IMG/VR virus record: IMGVR_UViG_3300027963_000068
Length of the DNA stretch: 64,000 nt
Strand: one strand, 5' to 3'
Source: an uncultured virus (IMG/VR IMGVR_UViG_3300027963_000068)
Taxonomy: Duplodnaviria; Heunggongvirae; Uroviricota; Caudoviricetes
Part shown: positions 1 through 7,746 of the stretch, piece after piece
Layout of the letters: each line of letters opens with the position of its first letter
How positions within the stretch are numbered: position 1 is the stretch's first letter
Translations under genes and position numbers: made by a program
Notes under the pieces: generated by a model
What the model was told of the DNA's origin: nothing
Seen by the model: only the letters and a program-made list of their open reading frames with translations
The model's database searches: none

Positions 1-81
1 CTATCTGATGATGAGATGATTGCTGCGGGATATACGATGACTGATGATGGTTTCTGGATTATGAATATGGATGCCTGTTGA
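1..81 (+). CDS. 3' end of hypothetical protein (partial)
   Basis: Open frame from window edge, LSDDEMIAAGYTMTDDGFWIMNMDAC*, stop TGA 79-81. Confidence 0.5.
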   Translation, partial: LSDDEMIAAGYTMTDDGFWIMNMDAC

Positions 82-83
82 TT

Positions 84-203
84 ATGTTAAAACTCAAATG
101 GACTTATAAGGAGCATCCAAATGCTTCTCTTTGCAGATATTTTAAGACAGAGGCAGAACTTCTGGAATTCAAAAAACAACACCCCAATTATAACTATGAC
201 TGA
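84..203 (+). CDS. Small hypothetical protein, 39 aa
   Basis: Read by hand: MLKLKWTYKEHPNASLCRYFKTEAELLEFKKQHPNYNYD*; overlaps next start in ATGACTGA. Confidence 0.45.
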   Translation: MLKLKWTYKEHPNASLCRYFKTEAELLEFKKQHPNYNYD

Positions 204-666
204 ACCATTTGGATTTAATGAACCAGCATCACAGCACATACCAAAACCATCTGCTGTTTCCACAGGAGAACTGATTGACTCTCCTAAATTTCAAGAAGAA
301 CAATCAAAGAAGAATACTCTTCTAGAAAGTCTCAACTCACCCGAAATGGTAAAGATGAGAGAAGACCTTGCAAAAGCACATAAAGATAGTATTGAGGCAT
401 CTGTTGGGTGGTATCATATGCTCTCTGCCGAGGATAAGTATAAAGCAGTAGAGGCATTTTGTTATATTATCTGTAAGGCAGAAAGAGAAGGAACATCACA
501 CCGAGGACTGATGCATGAACTTGGTGTTTATCCAGAGGCATTTTGGATTGATGACTTGATGACCCTACATAATGCCCTCGTCGTAGAGTATCAAGAACAA
601 GACTCAAGAAACTGGAAAGAAGTCAAGAAAGATATGAAAACGCTTGAGGACTTTATTGATAAATAA
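196..666 (+). CDS. Hypothetical protein
   Basis: ORF track 121..666; ATG 196 preferred because it is coupled to the upstream small ORF. Confidence 0.7.
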   Translation: MTEPFGFNEPASQHIPKPSAVSTGELIDSPKFQEEQSKKNTLLESLNSPEMVKMREDLAKAHKDSIEASVGWYHMLSAEDKYKAVEAFCYIICKAEREGTSHRGLMHELGVYPEAFWIDDLMTLHNALVVEYQEQDSRNWKEVKKDMKTLEDFIDK

Positions 667-696
667 AAATACCTGACTGACTGCAATCTTCAGGTT

Positions 697-722
697 GGAG
701 AGTAGAAATACTCTCCTTTTTT
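697..722 (+). terminator. Rho-independent terminator
   Basis: GGAGAGTA-GAAA-TACTCTCC then T6. Confidence 0.8.
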
Positions 723-724
723 AT

Positions 725-732
725 TATAAATA
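725..732 (+). promoter_or_regulatory. T4-type late promoter
   Basis: TATAAATA 24 nt before ATG 757. Confidence 0.75.
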
Positions 733-756
733 GTAATGCAGTCAGTTAGAGTAGAA

Positions 757-1356
757 ATGTATTACACTTACGCATATTTGCGTGAAGATAAAACTCCGTA
801 TTATATTGGTAAAGGGAAAGGATATAGAATTAACTCTAAACAAAGAAGTATAAAACCACCCAAAGATAAGAGTAAAATAATATACCTCAAACAAAATATA
901 ACCGAAGAAGAAGCATTCAAGCACGAAATCTATATGATTGCTGTGTTGGGTAGAAAAGATTTAGGTACTGGTATTCTTCACAATAGAACTAATGGTGGAG
1001 AAGGTGCTTCTGGGTTTATTCCAAGTGAATTTGAAAGACAAAACAGAAGAGATAGAATGAATAAATTATCAAAAGAAAACCATCCTGCTTTTGGTAAAAA
1101 AAGACCAGATATATCAAAAATTATGTCTAGTGATAAAAATCCTATGAAAGATCCAAAAACACTAGAAAAGTTTTCTGGAAAAAATAGTAATTGGTCTAAA
1201 AGGTGGAAAGTTTATTTTGAGGATGGTAGAATGATGGAATTTCATTCAATATACAAATGGTGTTTAGAAAATAACTATAATCCCAATTTAGTTTCCAGAA
1301 TGGGTAAAAAAAAGGCTAAAAGGCATAAAGATATTGTAAAAGTAGAAGTTTTGTAA
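757..1356 (+). CDS. GIY-YIG-like free-standing homing endonuclease
   Basis: YTYAY...YYIGKG..R, conserved E and LHNRTNGGEG, followed by basic NUMOD-like motifs (NHPAFGK, KNPM, GKNSNWSK). Confidence 0.8.
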   Translation: MYYTYAYLREDKTPYYIGKGKGYRINSKQRSIKPPKDKSKIIYLKQNITEEEAFKHEIYMIAVLGRKDLGTGILHNRTNGGEGASGFIPSEFERQNRRDRMNKLSKENHPAFGKKRPDISKIMSSDKNPMKDPKTLEKFSGKNSNWSKRWKVYFEDGRMMEFHSIYKWCLENNYNPNLVSRMGKKKAKRHKDIVKVEVL

Positions 1357-1425
1357 TATAATACCGAATATCAAGAACAAGACTCAAGAAACTGGAAAGA
1401 AGTTAAGGAAGATATGAAGACACTT

Positions 1426-1470
1426 AATGAAACCCTTGACTGATAAATACATCAAGGGTTTCATTTTTTT
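1426..1470 (+). terminator. 14-bp perfect hairpin plus T-run, with ATAAATA in its loop
   Basis: AATGAAACCCTTGA (1426-1439) / TCAAGGGTTTCATT (1452-1465). Confidence 0.75.
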
Positions 1471-1472
1471 GT

Positions 1473-1922
1473 ATGAAGACGTTTCAAAGATTTATTGTAG
1501 AAGCAAGAAAATTTGGAGGAATGGGAAGTATAAGCAGTCCTGTTTATTCAATACCAGATGATCCAAACTTTAAAAAGAAATATGCAGAAAAACAAAGATT
1601 AATAGCAGCAAGAAAAAGAACTGCCGAACCTACCAAAGGAGAAAAAGAAAGAGCAGAAAAATCTGCACAAGCAATAAGAGATAATCCACGACCAATAGAA
1701 ACACCAAAAACAGTACTTCCTGGTGGTGTAGATCATAAGCTTTTAAATCGTATTCCTACTAGAGAAACCAAGCCAAAATCAAGATATGCAGAAATGCCCG
1801 ATCCAAATAGACCAGATGGTCCGTTAGCAAAATCCAGAGCAGAAAGGGGCATTCCAGATCCAAATAAACCAGAAGAAAAACCAAAAGCAAGAAAAAAACC
1901 AGCAGCACCTATCAGGAAATAA
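1473..1922 (+). CDS. Basic hypothetical protein with capsid-targeting-like N-terminus
   Basis: MKTFQRFIVEA resembles the T4 internal-protein signal MKTYQEFIAE; late-type ATAAATA upstream. Confidence 0.7.
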   Translation: MKTFQRFIVEARKFGGMGSISSPVYSIPDDPNFKKKYAEKQRLIAARKRTAEPTKGEKERAEKSAQAIRDNPRPIETPKTVLPGGVDHKLLNRIPTRETKPKSRYAEMPDPNRPDGPLAKSRAERGIPDPNKPEEKPKARKKPAAPIRK

Positions 1923-1923
1923 A

Positions 1924-2985
1924 ATGAAACTTGAAGAAGGTAGAAAAAGAGATACAGCAGCAAATGCACTTTTAGCATTATCCTTTGCTGCTTCTGCTGC
2001 ACAATCACCAAAAGATTTAATACGTTCAGGAAATATAGAAGGACCTGGAATACAGTTAATGTCTAAAATGATGAATAAAAGAAAAAAAGCAACAGCATCA
2101 GGATTAGATAATCCAAGAGTATCCGAACCTGCAAGAAATCGTAAGAAGAAAACTTTTGAAGAGTTTATTGTAGAAGCAAAGAAGTGTTGGCCTGGATATA
2201 AAAAGAAAGGCACCAAAAAACTATTTGGAAAAACTTATAATAATTGTGTGAAAGAAGAGTTTGAACTTGAAGAAAGTTCTGGTGATGAAAGAATGCCTCG
2301 TGGTAGTACTGGTCGTAGAACTGGTCGTGCATTAAATCGAATGACACGCGGAGAAAAAAGTGTTGCTGCAATCGCAACAAAAGCAGGATTGAAAGGAACA
2401 GGTAAACTATCTACAAAAGACTTAAGAAAACCCGCAAGAGATTACACAACTTATGATAGTGATGATGATCTGGATGATATGGGAAGCACCGAACAAGATC
2501 ATTATGTTCGTACATACTCATCAGCAAGAAGAGCATCAAAAGGTGAAAATTTGATTAGTAAGTTAAAACCAGCAGGAAAAACTCCATCTGGTATGACTAA
2601 ACTTAAAACTGCACCTTCAAGTGAAAGTGTAAGAAGAGTGAAGGATTTGAAGACACAAATGACTAAAGCAGGTGCAAATAAAACTGGAAAAGTCCATACT
2701 GTGGATATTATGCCTCGTGATGGTGAATTTGGTAAAGGAGATAGAGCAAAACAAATTGAAAGAGGTAAGAATTTTATTCAGGCAATCCAAGATACTCCAA
2801 AACAACTAAAGAGAGCAGGAGCAAAGCCTGGAGAAACTGTAATTGGAAAACCAACAGCAGTAATGAGTGGCGAAGATAAGAAAACTGGTGAAGCAAAACG
2901 GGCAAAACTTTATAAGAAAATATTTGGAAGCAAAAGCACCGAAAAATCAGAAAAAACAGGATTGATGGTAGGTAAAGCAGGTTAA
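1924..2985 (+). CDS. Modular basic hypothetical protein (putative head internal protein)
   Basis: 353-aa ORF; internal KTFEEFIVEA and a KCWPGY...NNCVKEE module. Confidence 0.7.
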   Translation: MKLEEGRKRDTAANALLALSFAASAAQSPKDLIRSGNIEGPGIQLMSKMMNKRKKATASGLDNPRVSEPARNRKKKTFEEFIVEAKKCWPGYKKKGTKKLFGKTYNNCVKEEFELEESSGDERMPRGSTGRRTGRALNRMTRGEKSVAAIATKAGLKGTGKLSTKDLRKPARDYTTYDSDDDLDDMGSTEQDHYVRTYSSARRASKGENLISKLKPAGKTPSGMTKLKTAPSSESVRRVKDLKTQMTKAGANKTGKVHTVDIMPRDGEFGKGDRAKQIERGKNFIQAIQDTPKQLKRAGAKPGETVIGKPTAVMSGEDKKTGEAKRAKLYKKIFGSKSTEKSEKTGLMVGKAG

Positions 2986-3176
2986 TGAAAAAACAATTTC
3001 CACTAAAACATTTTGTAAATCAAAAAACAAAAGAAATTTATGTGATATGTGAAAGTGCTATTACTGCTATGGGTATTAGTGCTCTTGTAAAAAAATACTA
3101 TCCAGGATATAAGGGTCAGATTATATCCCAAGAACACCTAGATAAACTGGCACATAACATCCCCAAAGGCACCTAA
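2985..3176 (+). CDS. Small hypothetical protein
   Basis: TAATG-coupled to upstream ORF; 3' end runs into promoter repeat. Confidence 0.6.
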   Translation: MKKQFPLKHFVNQKTKEIYVICESAITAMGISALVKKYYPGYKGQIISQEHLDKLAHNIPKGT

Positions 3177-3211
3177 AAGGTGCTACAATACCTCTATACC
3201 TGAAATTCATT

Positions 3212-3610
3212 ATGGAACTCACTATTATTGCGTATAAATTGTCTGATGGGATGTGGGCATTTGACCATCCTCATAATGATACAGTAGAAGAACTTTTGAT
3301 GAATGGAACTGAAGAAGCAATTGACGAGCACTTTTATTTTGGAACTGGACGACACGCAGTTGAAAATGACCAAATGGAAATCATTTTGAATACAGAAGAA
3401 CCTGCTGATTATGATACTCTGCTTGTAAAAGAAGTGAGTGATGATGATGGAACAACTTATATGGATACAACACTTTGTATTCCTGTGTGGTTATGCAACT
3501 GGAACCAAGGATACTTTGGTTTTGTTCCCGAAGAACTTTATGTAAAAGTGCGTCCCATCAATAAAGGATTAGAAGCATTCAAAAAAAGAACAAGTATGAT
3601 AAATATATAA
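3212..3610 (+). CDS. DUF6717-like protein
   Basis: Y...W.FD......E....G....ID and WLC.....YF...PEELY pattern recalled for this family. Confidence 0.6.
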   Translation: MELTIIAYKLSDGMWAFDHPHNDTVEELLMNGTEEAIDEHFYFGTGRHAVENDQMEIILNTEEPADYDTLLVKEVSDDDGTTYMDTTLCIPVWLCNWNQGYFGFVPEELYVKVRPINKGLEAFKKRTSMINI

Positions 3611-4252
3611 AAAACTATAATGAAAACCTTTAGAGAGTTTATTGTAGAAGCATATTTGATTGAAAGAGGACAACCAACATTTTCAAGTAGAGCAGAACTT
3701 GAAAAGCACCATAAAGGAATTCCATCGGGAATGGTTGCTAATAATGCAGCAAGTACGGAAAATCCAAAATGGAGACTTGTAGCAGCAACAAATAGAAAGG
3801 CACAATCTCAAAGAAGAGAAGAAAGAAAAAGAGATTTAACTCACCCAGATGATATGAAAAGAGGAAATAAAAAAGAAAAGAAATTACAATCTGTAGGTCT
3901 TGACCCTCATCATATTACTCCATTACATTATTCGGCAAAATTGAAAGCATCTATGAGCCCTGAACAATGGGCAGAAAGAGTAAGAAGTGATGCCGAACAA
4001 GGTGTACATCACGGACATCATCATAAAAACTTAATGGGAACAGTTATTTCCAAAACTCCAGAAAGATTTAGGAAAAGAGGAATTACTCATAGAGCAGGTG
4101 GAGCACACGAGTTAGAAGGAAAAACTAAAGATTTATATTCTAGAAGTGTTCCTCATAAAGATTTATTGTCTGCGGCACATAGAAGAGAAATGAGAAAAAA
4201 AGCAGAAGAACGAAAAAACCAATCAATAAAGGATTAGAAGCATTCAAAAAAA
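3557..4252 (+). repeat. 31-bp perfect direct repeat (3557-3587 / 4222-4252) flanking ORF 3620..4237
   Basis: ATCAATAAAGGATTAGAAGCATTCAAAAAAA twice, offset 665. Confidence 0.95.
3620..4237 (+). CDS. Putative HNH-like nuclease with capsid-targeting-like N-terminus
   Basis: MKTFREFIVEA start; DPHHITPL...HHKNL...THRAGGAH resembles H-N-H spacing. Confidence 0.5.
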   Translation: MKTFREFIVEAYLIERGQPTFSSRAELEKHHKGIPSGMVANNAASTENPKWRLVAATNRKAQSQRREERKRDLTHPDDMKRGNKKEKKLQSVGLDPHHITPLHYSAKLKASMSPEQWAERVRSDAEQGVHHGHHHKNLMGTVISKTPERFRKRGITHRAGGAHELEGKTKDLYSRSVPHKDLLSAAHRREMRKKAEERKNQSIKD

Positions 4253-4263
4253 TAACAAAAATG

Positions 4264-4271
4264 TATAAATA
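4264..4271 (+). promoter_or_regulatory. T4-type late promoter
   Basis: TATAAATA 20 nt before ATG 4292. Confidence 0.75.
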
Positions 4272-4291
4272 ACTAAAAAGCATTTGTTAAA

Positions 4292-5104
4292 ATGAATTCT
4301 AAAGATATTCGCAATCTTCAAGAAGCATATACTGGTGTATATGATGGCAACCTAAAAGAAGAGCAAGAGTTTAAATCTTGGGTTACTGATTTACTCGATG
4401 AAGGATATGATTTGAGTGATTATACTTGGGACGAAATGTATGATATTTATAATGAAGCATATAAAGGTGGTCCAGAATTTGGTATGAAGTATTCCAAATC
4501 AAAACCACTTTCAGGTGAGAAGGGAGATGGGAGTGGATATGGTGGTCCTGAAAAGTTTACCAAACCAGATGATAAAATCGAAAAACCAGGAACTACTGTT
4601 CCACCATTCAAAAAAGGTGGTTATGGTAGAATTATGAGTAATATTCCTCACGGTATTGGAGCTCATAGAGACAAAATTGCATCAAGAATTACTACAATAA
4701 CTGGAAAAGATCCTGGAGCACCAACGTCCCAGAAAATGAGACCATCAGAAAAGAAAAAGAACCTTGAAATCATTAGAAAGAAAACTAATGAAGAGTATGA
4801 CCTCTACGATGTAATCCTTTCACATCTTTTAGATGAAGGATATGCTGAAACTGTTGAAAATGCAGAAGCTATTATGGTGAATATGAGTGAAGAGTGGAGA
4901 GAAAGTATTTTTGAGGAAGTTCTTGATGAAGCAAGTGAAACTGATGACCGTGTAAGGAGAAATCGAAAGGCATTTGGTTCTAACTATACCCCCCCTACAG
5001 ATTGGGATCAATCTGCCAATGGTGGAAGGGGCGCTGTCTTAAATGCTAAGCAAATAGAAAAGAAGAGACGTAGAGAACTTGCTAGGAGTGCTGAGAAAAA
5101 CTAA
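4292..5104 (+). CDS. Modular hypothetical protein (late)
   Basis: 270 aa; acidic LLDEGY-containing blocks (twice) alternate with basic blocks. Confidence 0.75.
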   Translation: MNSKDIRNLQEAYTGVYDGNLKEEQEFKSWVTDLLDEGYDLSDYTWDEMYDIYNEAYKGGPEFGMKYSKSKPLSGEKGDGSGYGGPEKFTKPDDKIEKPGTTVPPFKKGGYGRIMSNIPHGIGAHRDKIASRITTITGKDPGAPTSQKMRPSEKKKNLEIIRKKTNEEYDLYDVILSHLLDEGYAETVENAEAIMVNMSEEWRESIFEEVLDEASETDDRVRRNRKAFGSNYTPPTDWDQSANGGRGAVLNAKQIEKKRRRELARSAEKN

Positions 5105-5188
5105 TATGACACTTCCCAAACTGGCATAAGACCCCTCCCAAGGGGTCTTTTTTTGTGCTATAATTACAGAGTAATCAAAGCACACACT

Positions 5189-5407
5189 ATGGAAGTTCTT
5201 GAAATCACAAACTCTTCTGCAATCGCAAAGATTTCTTTTGATGACGCAGAAAATGAAGTTGGGATTGCTTATACCTACAAACCAGAAACTTTCTATCTCT
5301 TCAAGTGTGATGAAATTGAAGTTGTAAAAGAAAAAGTTCAAACTGCTGAAAGTATCGGCAAACTCATTTCACAACTCAAAAAAGATGGTACTTTACAATC
5401 CACTTAA
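5189..5407 (+). CDS. KTSC-like small protein
   Basis: MEVLEITNSSAIAKISFD....EVGIAY.....FY.F pattern and ESIGKLI; ATG 5189 follows the promoter repeat. Confidence 0.5.
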   Translation: MEVLEITNSSAIAKISFDDAENEVGIAYTYKPETFYLFKCDEIEVVKEKVQTAESIGKLISQLKKDGTLQST

Positions 5408-5431
5408 TTTCTGCTATAATTAAAGGAGAAT

Positions 5432-5515
5432 AGTAGGGGTCCGGTTGGTCGAGGACGCAATCTTGAAAATTGTCGGGGTTAATAGCCTTCGCAGGTTCGA
5501 TTCCTGTCTCTACTG
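5432..5515 (+). tRNA. tRNA-Ser(UGA)
   Basis: Acceptor AGTAGGG/CTCTACT+G, anticodon arm GCAAT-CTTGAAA-ATTGT, long variable arm, T arm GCAGG-TTCGATT-CCTGT; TGCTATAAT at 5412-5420 upstream. Confidence 0.9.
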
Positions 5516-5559
5516 TTGGTAGTCGTTATGCACATAGCATAGAAAGACGCCAAACATAT

Positions 5560-5630
5560 GCGGGATTCGTCTAATGGTAAGACAAGAGATTCCAAACCTC
5601 TTGACGTGGGTTCGATTCCTACATCCCGTG
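5560..5630 (+). tRNA. tRNA-Trp(CCA)
   Basis: Acceptor GCGGGAT/ATCCCGT+G, D stem GTCT/AGAC, loop TTCCAAA, T arm GTGGG-TTCGATT-CCTAC. Confidence 0.9.
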
Positions 5631-5643
5631 TTCTACTATATAA

Positions 5644-5829
5644 AGAGTTCAAGAGGATAAGAATTCTGATACTTCGGACAGGGTTTCAATTACCCTCACT
5701 TCCACTTCTTGGGGGTGCTAGGTTTCGACGGGGTGTAAAGGTTTTATCTGTTGACGGAACAAACAAACAAACGCAAACAAAATTGTTGCATTTTCGAGGA
5801 CTTCTGTACCTTCTTTGGTATAGAACTCT
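5644..5829 (+). ncRNA. ssrA: Two-piece (circularly permuted) tmRNA
   Basis: T arm AGGGT-TTCAATT-ACCCT and acceptor 3' strand CACTTCCA (to 5704) precede 5' strand GGGGGTG..TTCGAC (5711); tag frame 5773-5823 ANKIVAFSRTSVPSLV*; ends approximate. Confidence 0.9.
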
Positions 5830-5845
5830 CACGAATTAAAAATAC

Positions 5846-5870
5846 AGAGGGTTTTATTCCCTCTTTTTTT
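5846..5870 (+). terminator. Rho-independent terminator after the RNA cluster
   Basis: AGAGGG...CCCTCT then T-run. Confidence 0.75.
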
Positions 5871-5989
5871 ATGCCCTTGTGCCGGTTTTTGAAGTGGCAC
5901 AAGGGCACTTGATTTTCTCCCAAATTGCTGCTATTATACTTGTATGCTCAATCAATCCGATGGGCATATCCTTTATATTTTTTTAAATC

Positions 5990-7051
5990 ATGAAAAAGTT
6001 TTTACCGTCAGATAATCAATCTTTTCCGACGCATGTTCTCGAAATTACTGGAGAACATGGTCCTGATTATCCTCTTTTGCAACTAATTGATAATAGTTTT
6101 TCTGCAAGAGAACCAAACAATATTAAGACTACAGAGGCAAATTCACCAAGAAAAACAGAAGCACAGCATGGCAATGTTGATGCTTTAATCGCATCTTTAA
6201 AAGATGGGTGGAATGTTACTTGTTGGCCTCTTAGTCTTTATGTTGATGAAAATGGGAATGAAGAGTTGTTTGATGGTCGTCATACATTAAAGTCAGTAAA
6301 AGCAAATAAATATTCTTCTGTTCCTGTTGCTTTATATAATCGCAAAATAACAGGAGAAGAACTTTACAATAATCTTTCAAAACACTCTGTCCTTACTCTT
6401 TCTGGTCTTTTTGCAAATGCTACCGATGGTACTACAAATGCAAAAACACATGATTTTGTTAGGGCTATAAAGGAAGTTGTTGAAAAAGAAAATCTTCCTT
6501 TAACAAAAGATATAGTAGAAAAACTTGCAAAAATTACTGGTGTCTATTCTAGATATTCCTCTAAAGGTACTATTTCTGGAATTATCAATTCTGTCCTTAA
6601 TACTAAGACTAAATCAATCAAGGTATTTAACACAACTAAGGAAGAAGTTGAACACTATATTGTCAATAATGATAAGTTTGGAAGAAATAATTATTCTAAA
6701 CTTGATGGTGTTGCAAATAGGTCTAAAATTTTAGATAAGCAATTTACATATCGTTATGCAGGAGATATCCTAAAGTGGGCATTTGCGGCTCGTGGTAAGA
6801 ATGAAAACCTTAGAGTTATTTGTTCTAGTAAAGCAGAACATGAATCGCAAATTGAAGAAGAAAGAATTGAAATTATAGAATGTATGAATGAAATTTTTTC
6901 ACATCCTATCAAGGTTTACCGTGATATGATTGAAACCAAATTTTCACAACTTGGTTTAACTCTTCCTGTTGTTTCAATTGAAGACCTTCCATTAGAGATT
7001 TGGGCAATGCCACAAATTCAAGGTGAAACTGAAGCAATTCAATTGCTTTAA
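5990..7051 (+). CDS. Hypothetical protein with ParB/Srx-like N-terminal motif
   Basis: WPLSLY...ELFDGRHTLKSV......VPV resembles the ParB DGxHR motif. Confidence 0.55.
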   Translation: MKKFLPSDNQSFPTHVLEITGEHGPDYPLLQLIDNSFSAREPNNIKTTEANSPRKTEAQHGNVDALIASLKDGWNVTCWPLSLYVDENGNEELFDGRHTLKSVKANKYSSVPVALYNRKITGEELYNNLSKHSVLTLSGLFANATDGTTNAKTHDFVRAIKEVVEKENLPLTKDIVEKLAKITGVYSRYSSKGTISGIINSVLNTKTKSIKVFNTTKEEVEHYIVNNDKFGRNNYSKLDGVANRSKILDKQFTYRYAGDILKWAFAARGKNENLRVICSSKAEHESQIEEERIEIIECMNEIFSHPIKVYRDMIETKFSQLGLTLPVVSIEDLPLEIWAMPQIQGETEAIQLL

Positions 7052-7147
7052 TTTGACACAAATGTGTGCCACTTGTAGAGGTGGCACATGACACCACCAA
7101 AGCACTCAAAGGGGTGCTATGATTGCAGAGTAATCAAAAAAAGTTCA

Positions 7148-7741
7148 GTGCGACCTAATCTCAAAAAAGTTGTAAATCTTTTTCAACCAGATTCTAATGG
7201 TTATTCTAATTGGATAACCGTTGATGATGTAATAAATGCAGATTTATCTTGGTCAAATAATGGAAATGTTCGCAGGGGCATAGCATTTGGTGTTAGTGAA
7301 TACAATTGGGAATTTAAAAGAGCAAATAATCGTCGTATTGTTGAAATGAGATTGGTTGGATATAATCAATCTGTTGCATTTAATCAACGTATTCGTAAAG
7401 ATATTGTTGATTTTCTACGTCAGCAAACTTTTTCCAACTTTGCGCCTGATTGTATTGTCCCTCTTGTTGATAGTGATAAGGAAATAGACCATCGTTGGGG
7501 TAGGAAAGATAGTCCTAAATACGAATATATTAGTAATATTGATGAACAATCTATTGATGATTTTCAACTTCTTTCGCATAGTCACAATCAATATAAAAGA
7601 CAACAGTGTGTAAATTGCAAACATACTAATCTTCGGTATTCTCCACCAAACAATCAATTATTTAAAATTGGTTGTAAAGAATGGGATTCCAAAATAGGAT
7701 GTGCAGGATGTCCACTTTCTCAACCAGAATTTTATAGATAA
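7148..7741 (+). CDS. NlaIII/IceA1-like HNH restriction endonuclease
   Basis: PDSNGYSNW, RLVGYN..FNQRIRKDI, EIDHRWGRKD, QSIDDFQLL...N..KRQQCVNCK, GCAGC...P..YR match IceA1/R.NlaIII motifs from memory; GTG 7148 chosen since track start 7088 is inside the promoter repeat. Confidence 0.8.
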   Translation: MRPNLKKVVNLFQPDSNGYSNWITVDDVINADLSWSNNGNVRRGIAFGVSEYNWEFKRANNRRIVEMRLVGYNQSVAFNQRIRKDIVDFLRQQTFSNFAPDCIVPLVDSDKEIDHRWGRKDSPKYEYISNIDEQSIDDFQLLSHSHNQYKRQQCVNCKHTNLRYSPPNNQLFKIGCKEWDSKIGCAGCPLSQPEFYR

Positions 7742-7746
7742 AACTT

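Larger units (their letters stand above)
586..1425 (+). repeat. ~60-bp imperfect direct repeat (586-645 / 1366-1425) flanking the GIY-YIG-like gene
   Basis: 35-nt identical core TATCAAGAACAAGACTCAAGAAACTGGAAAGAAGT at 589-623 and 1369-1403, offset 780. Confidence 0.95.

Noticed and set aside
670..1365. Group I intron carrying the endonuclease
   Set aside because: Upstream gene has its own stop, flanks are too short for an intron core, and a terminator intervenes
586..4252. Diversity-generating retroelement TR/VR pairs
   Set aside because: No reverse transcriptase in the window; one pair is identical and the other's mismatches are not confined to adenines
5432..5515. Selenocysteine or suppressor tRNA
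   Set aside because: Anticodon is UGA (reads UCA, Ser); genes use all three stops normally, no sign of recoding
5558..5839. 93-aa ORF
   Set aside because: Coincides with tRNA-Trp and tmRNA
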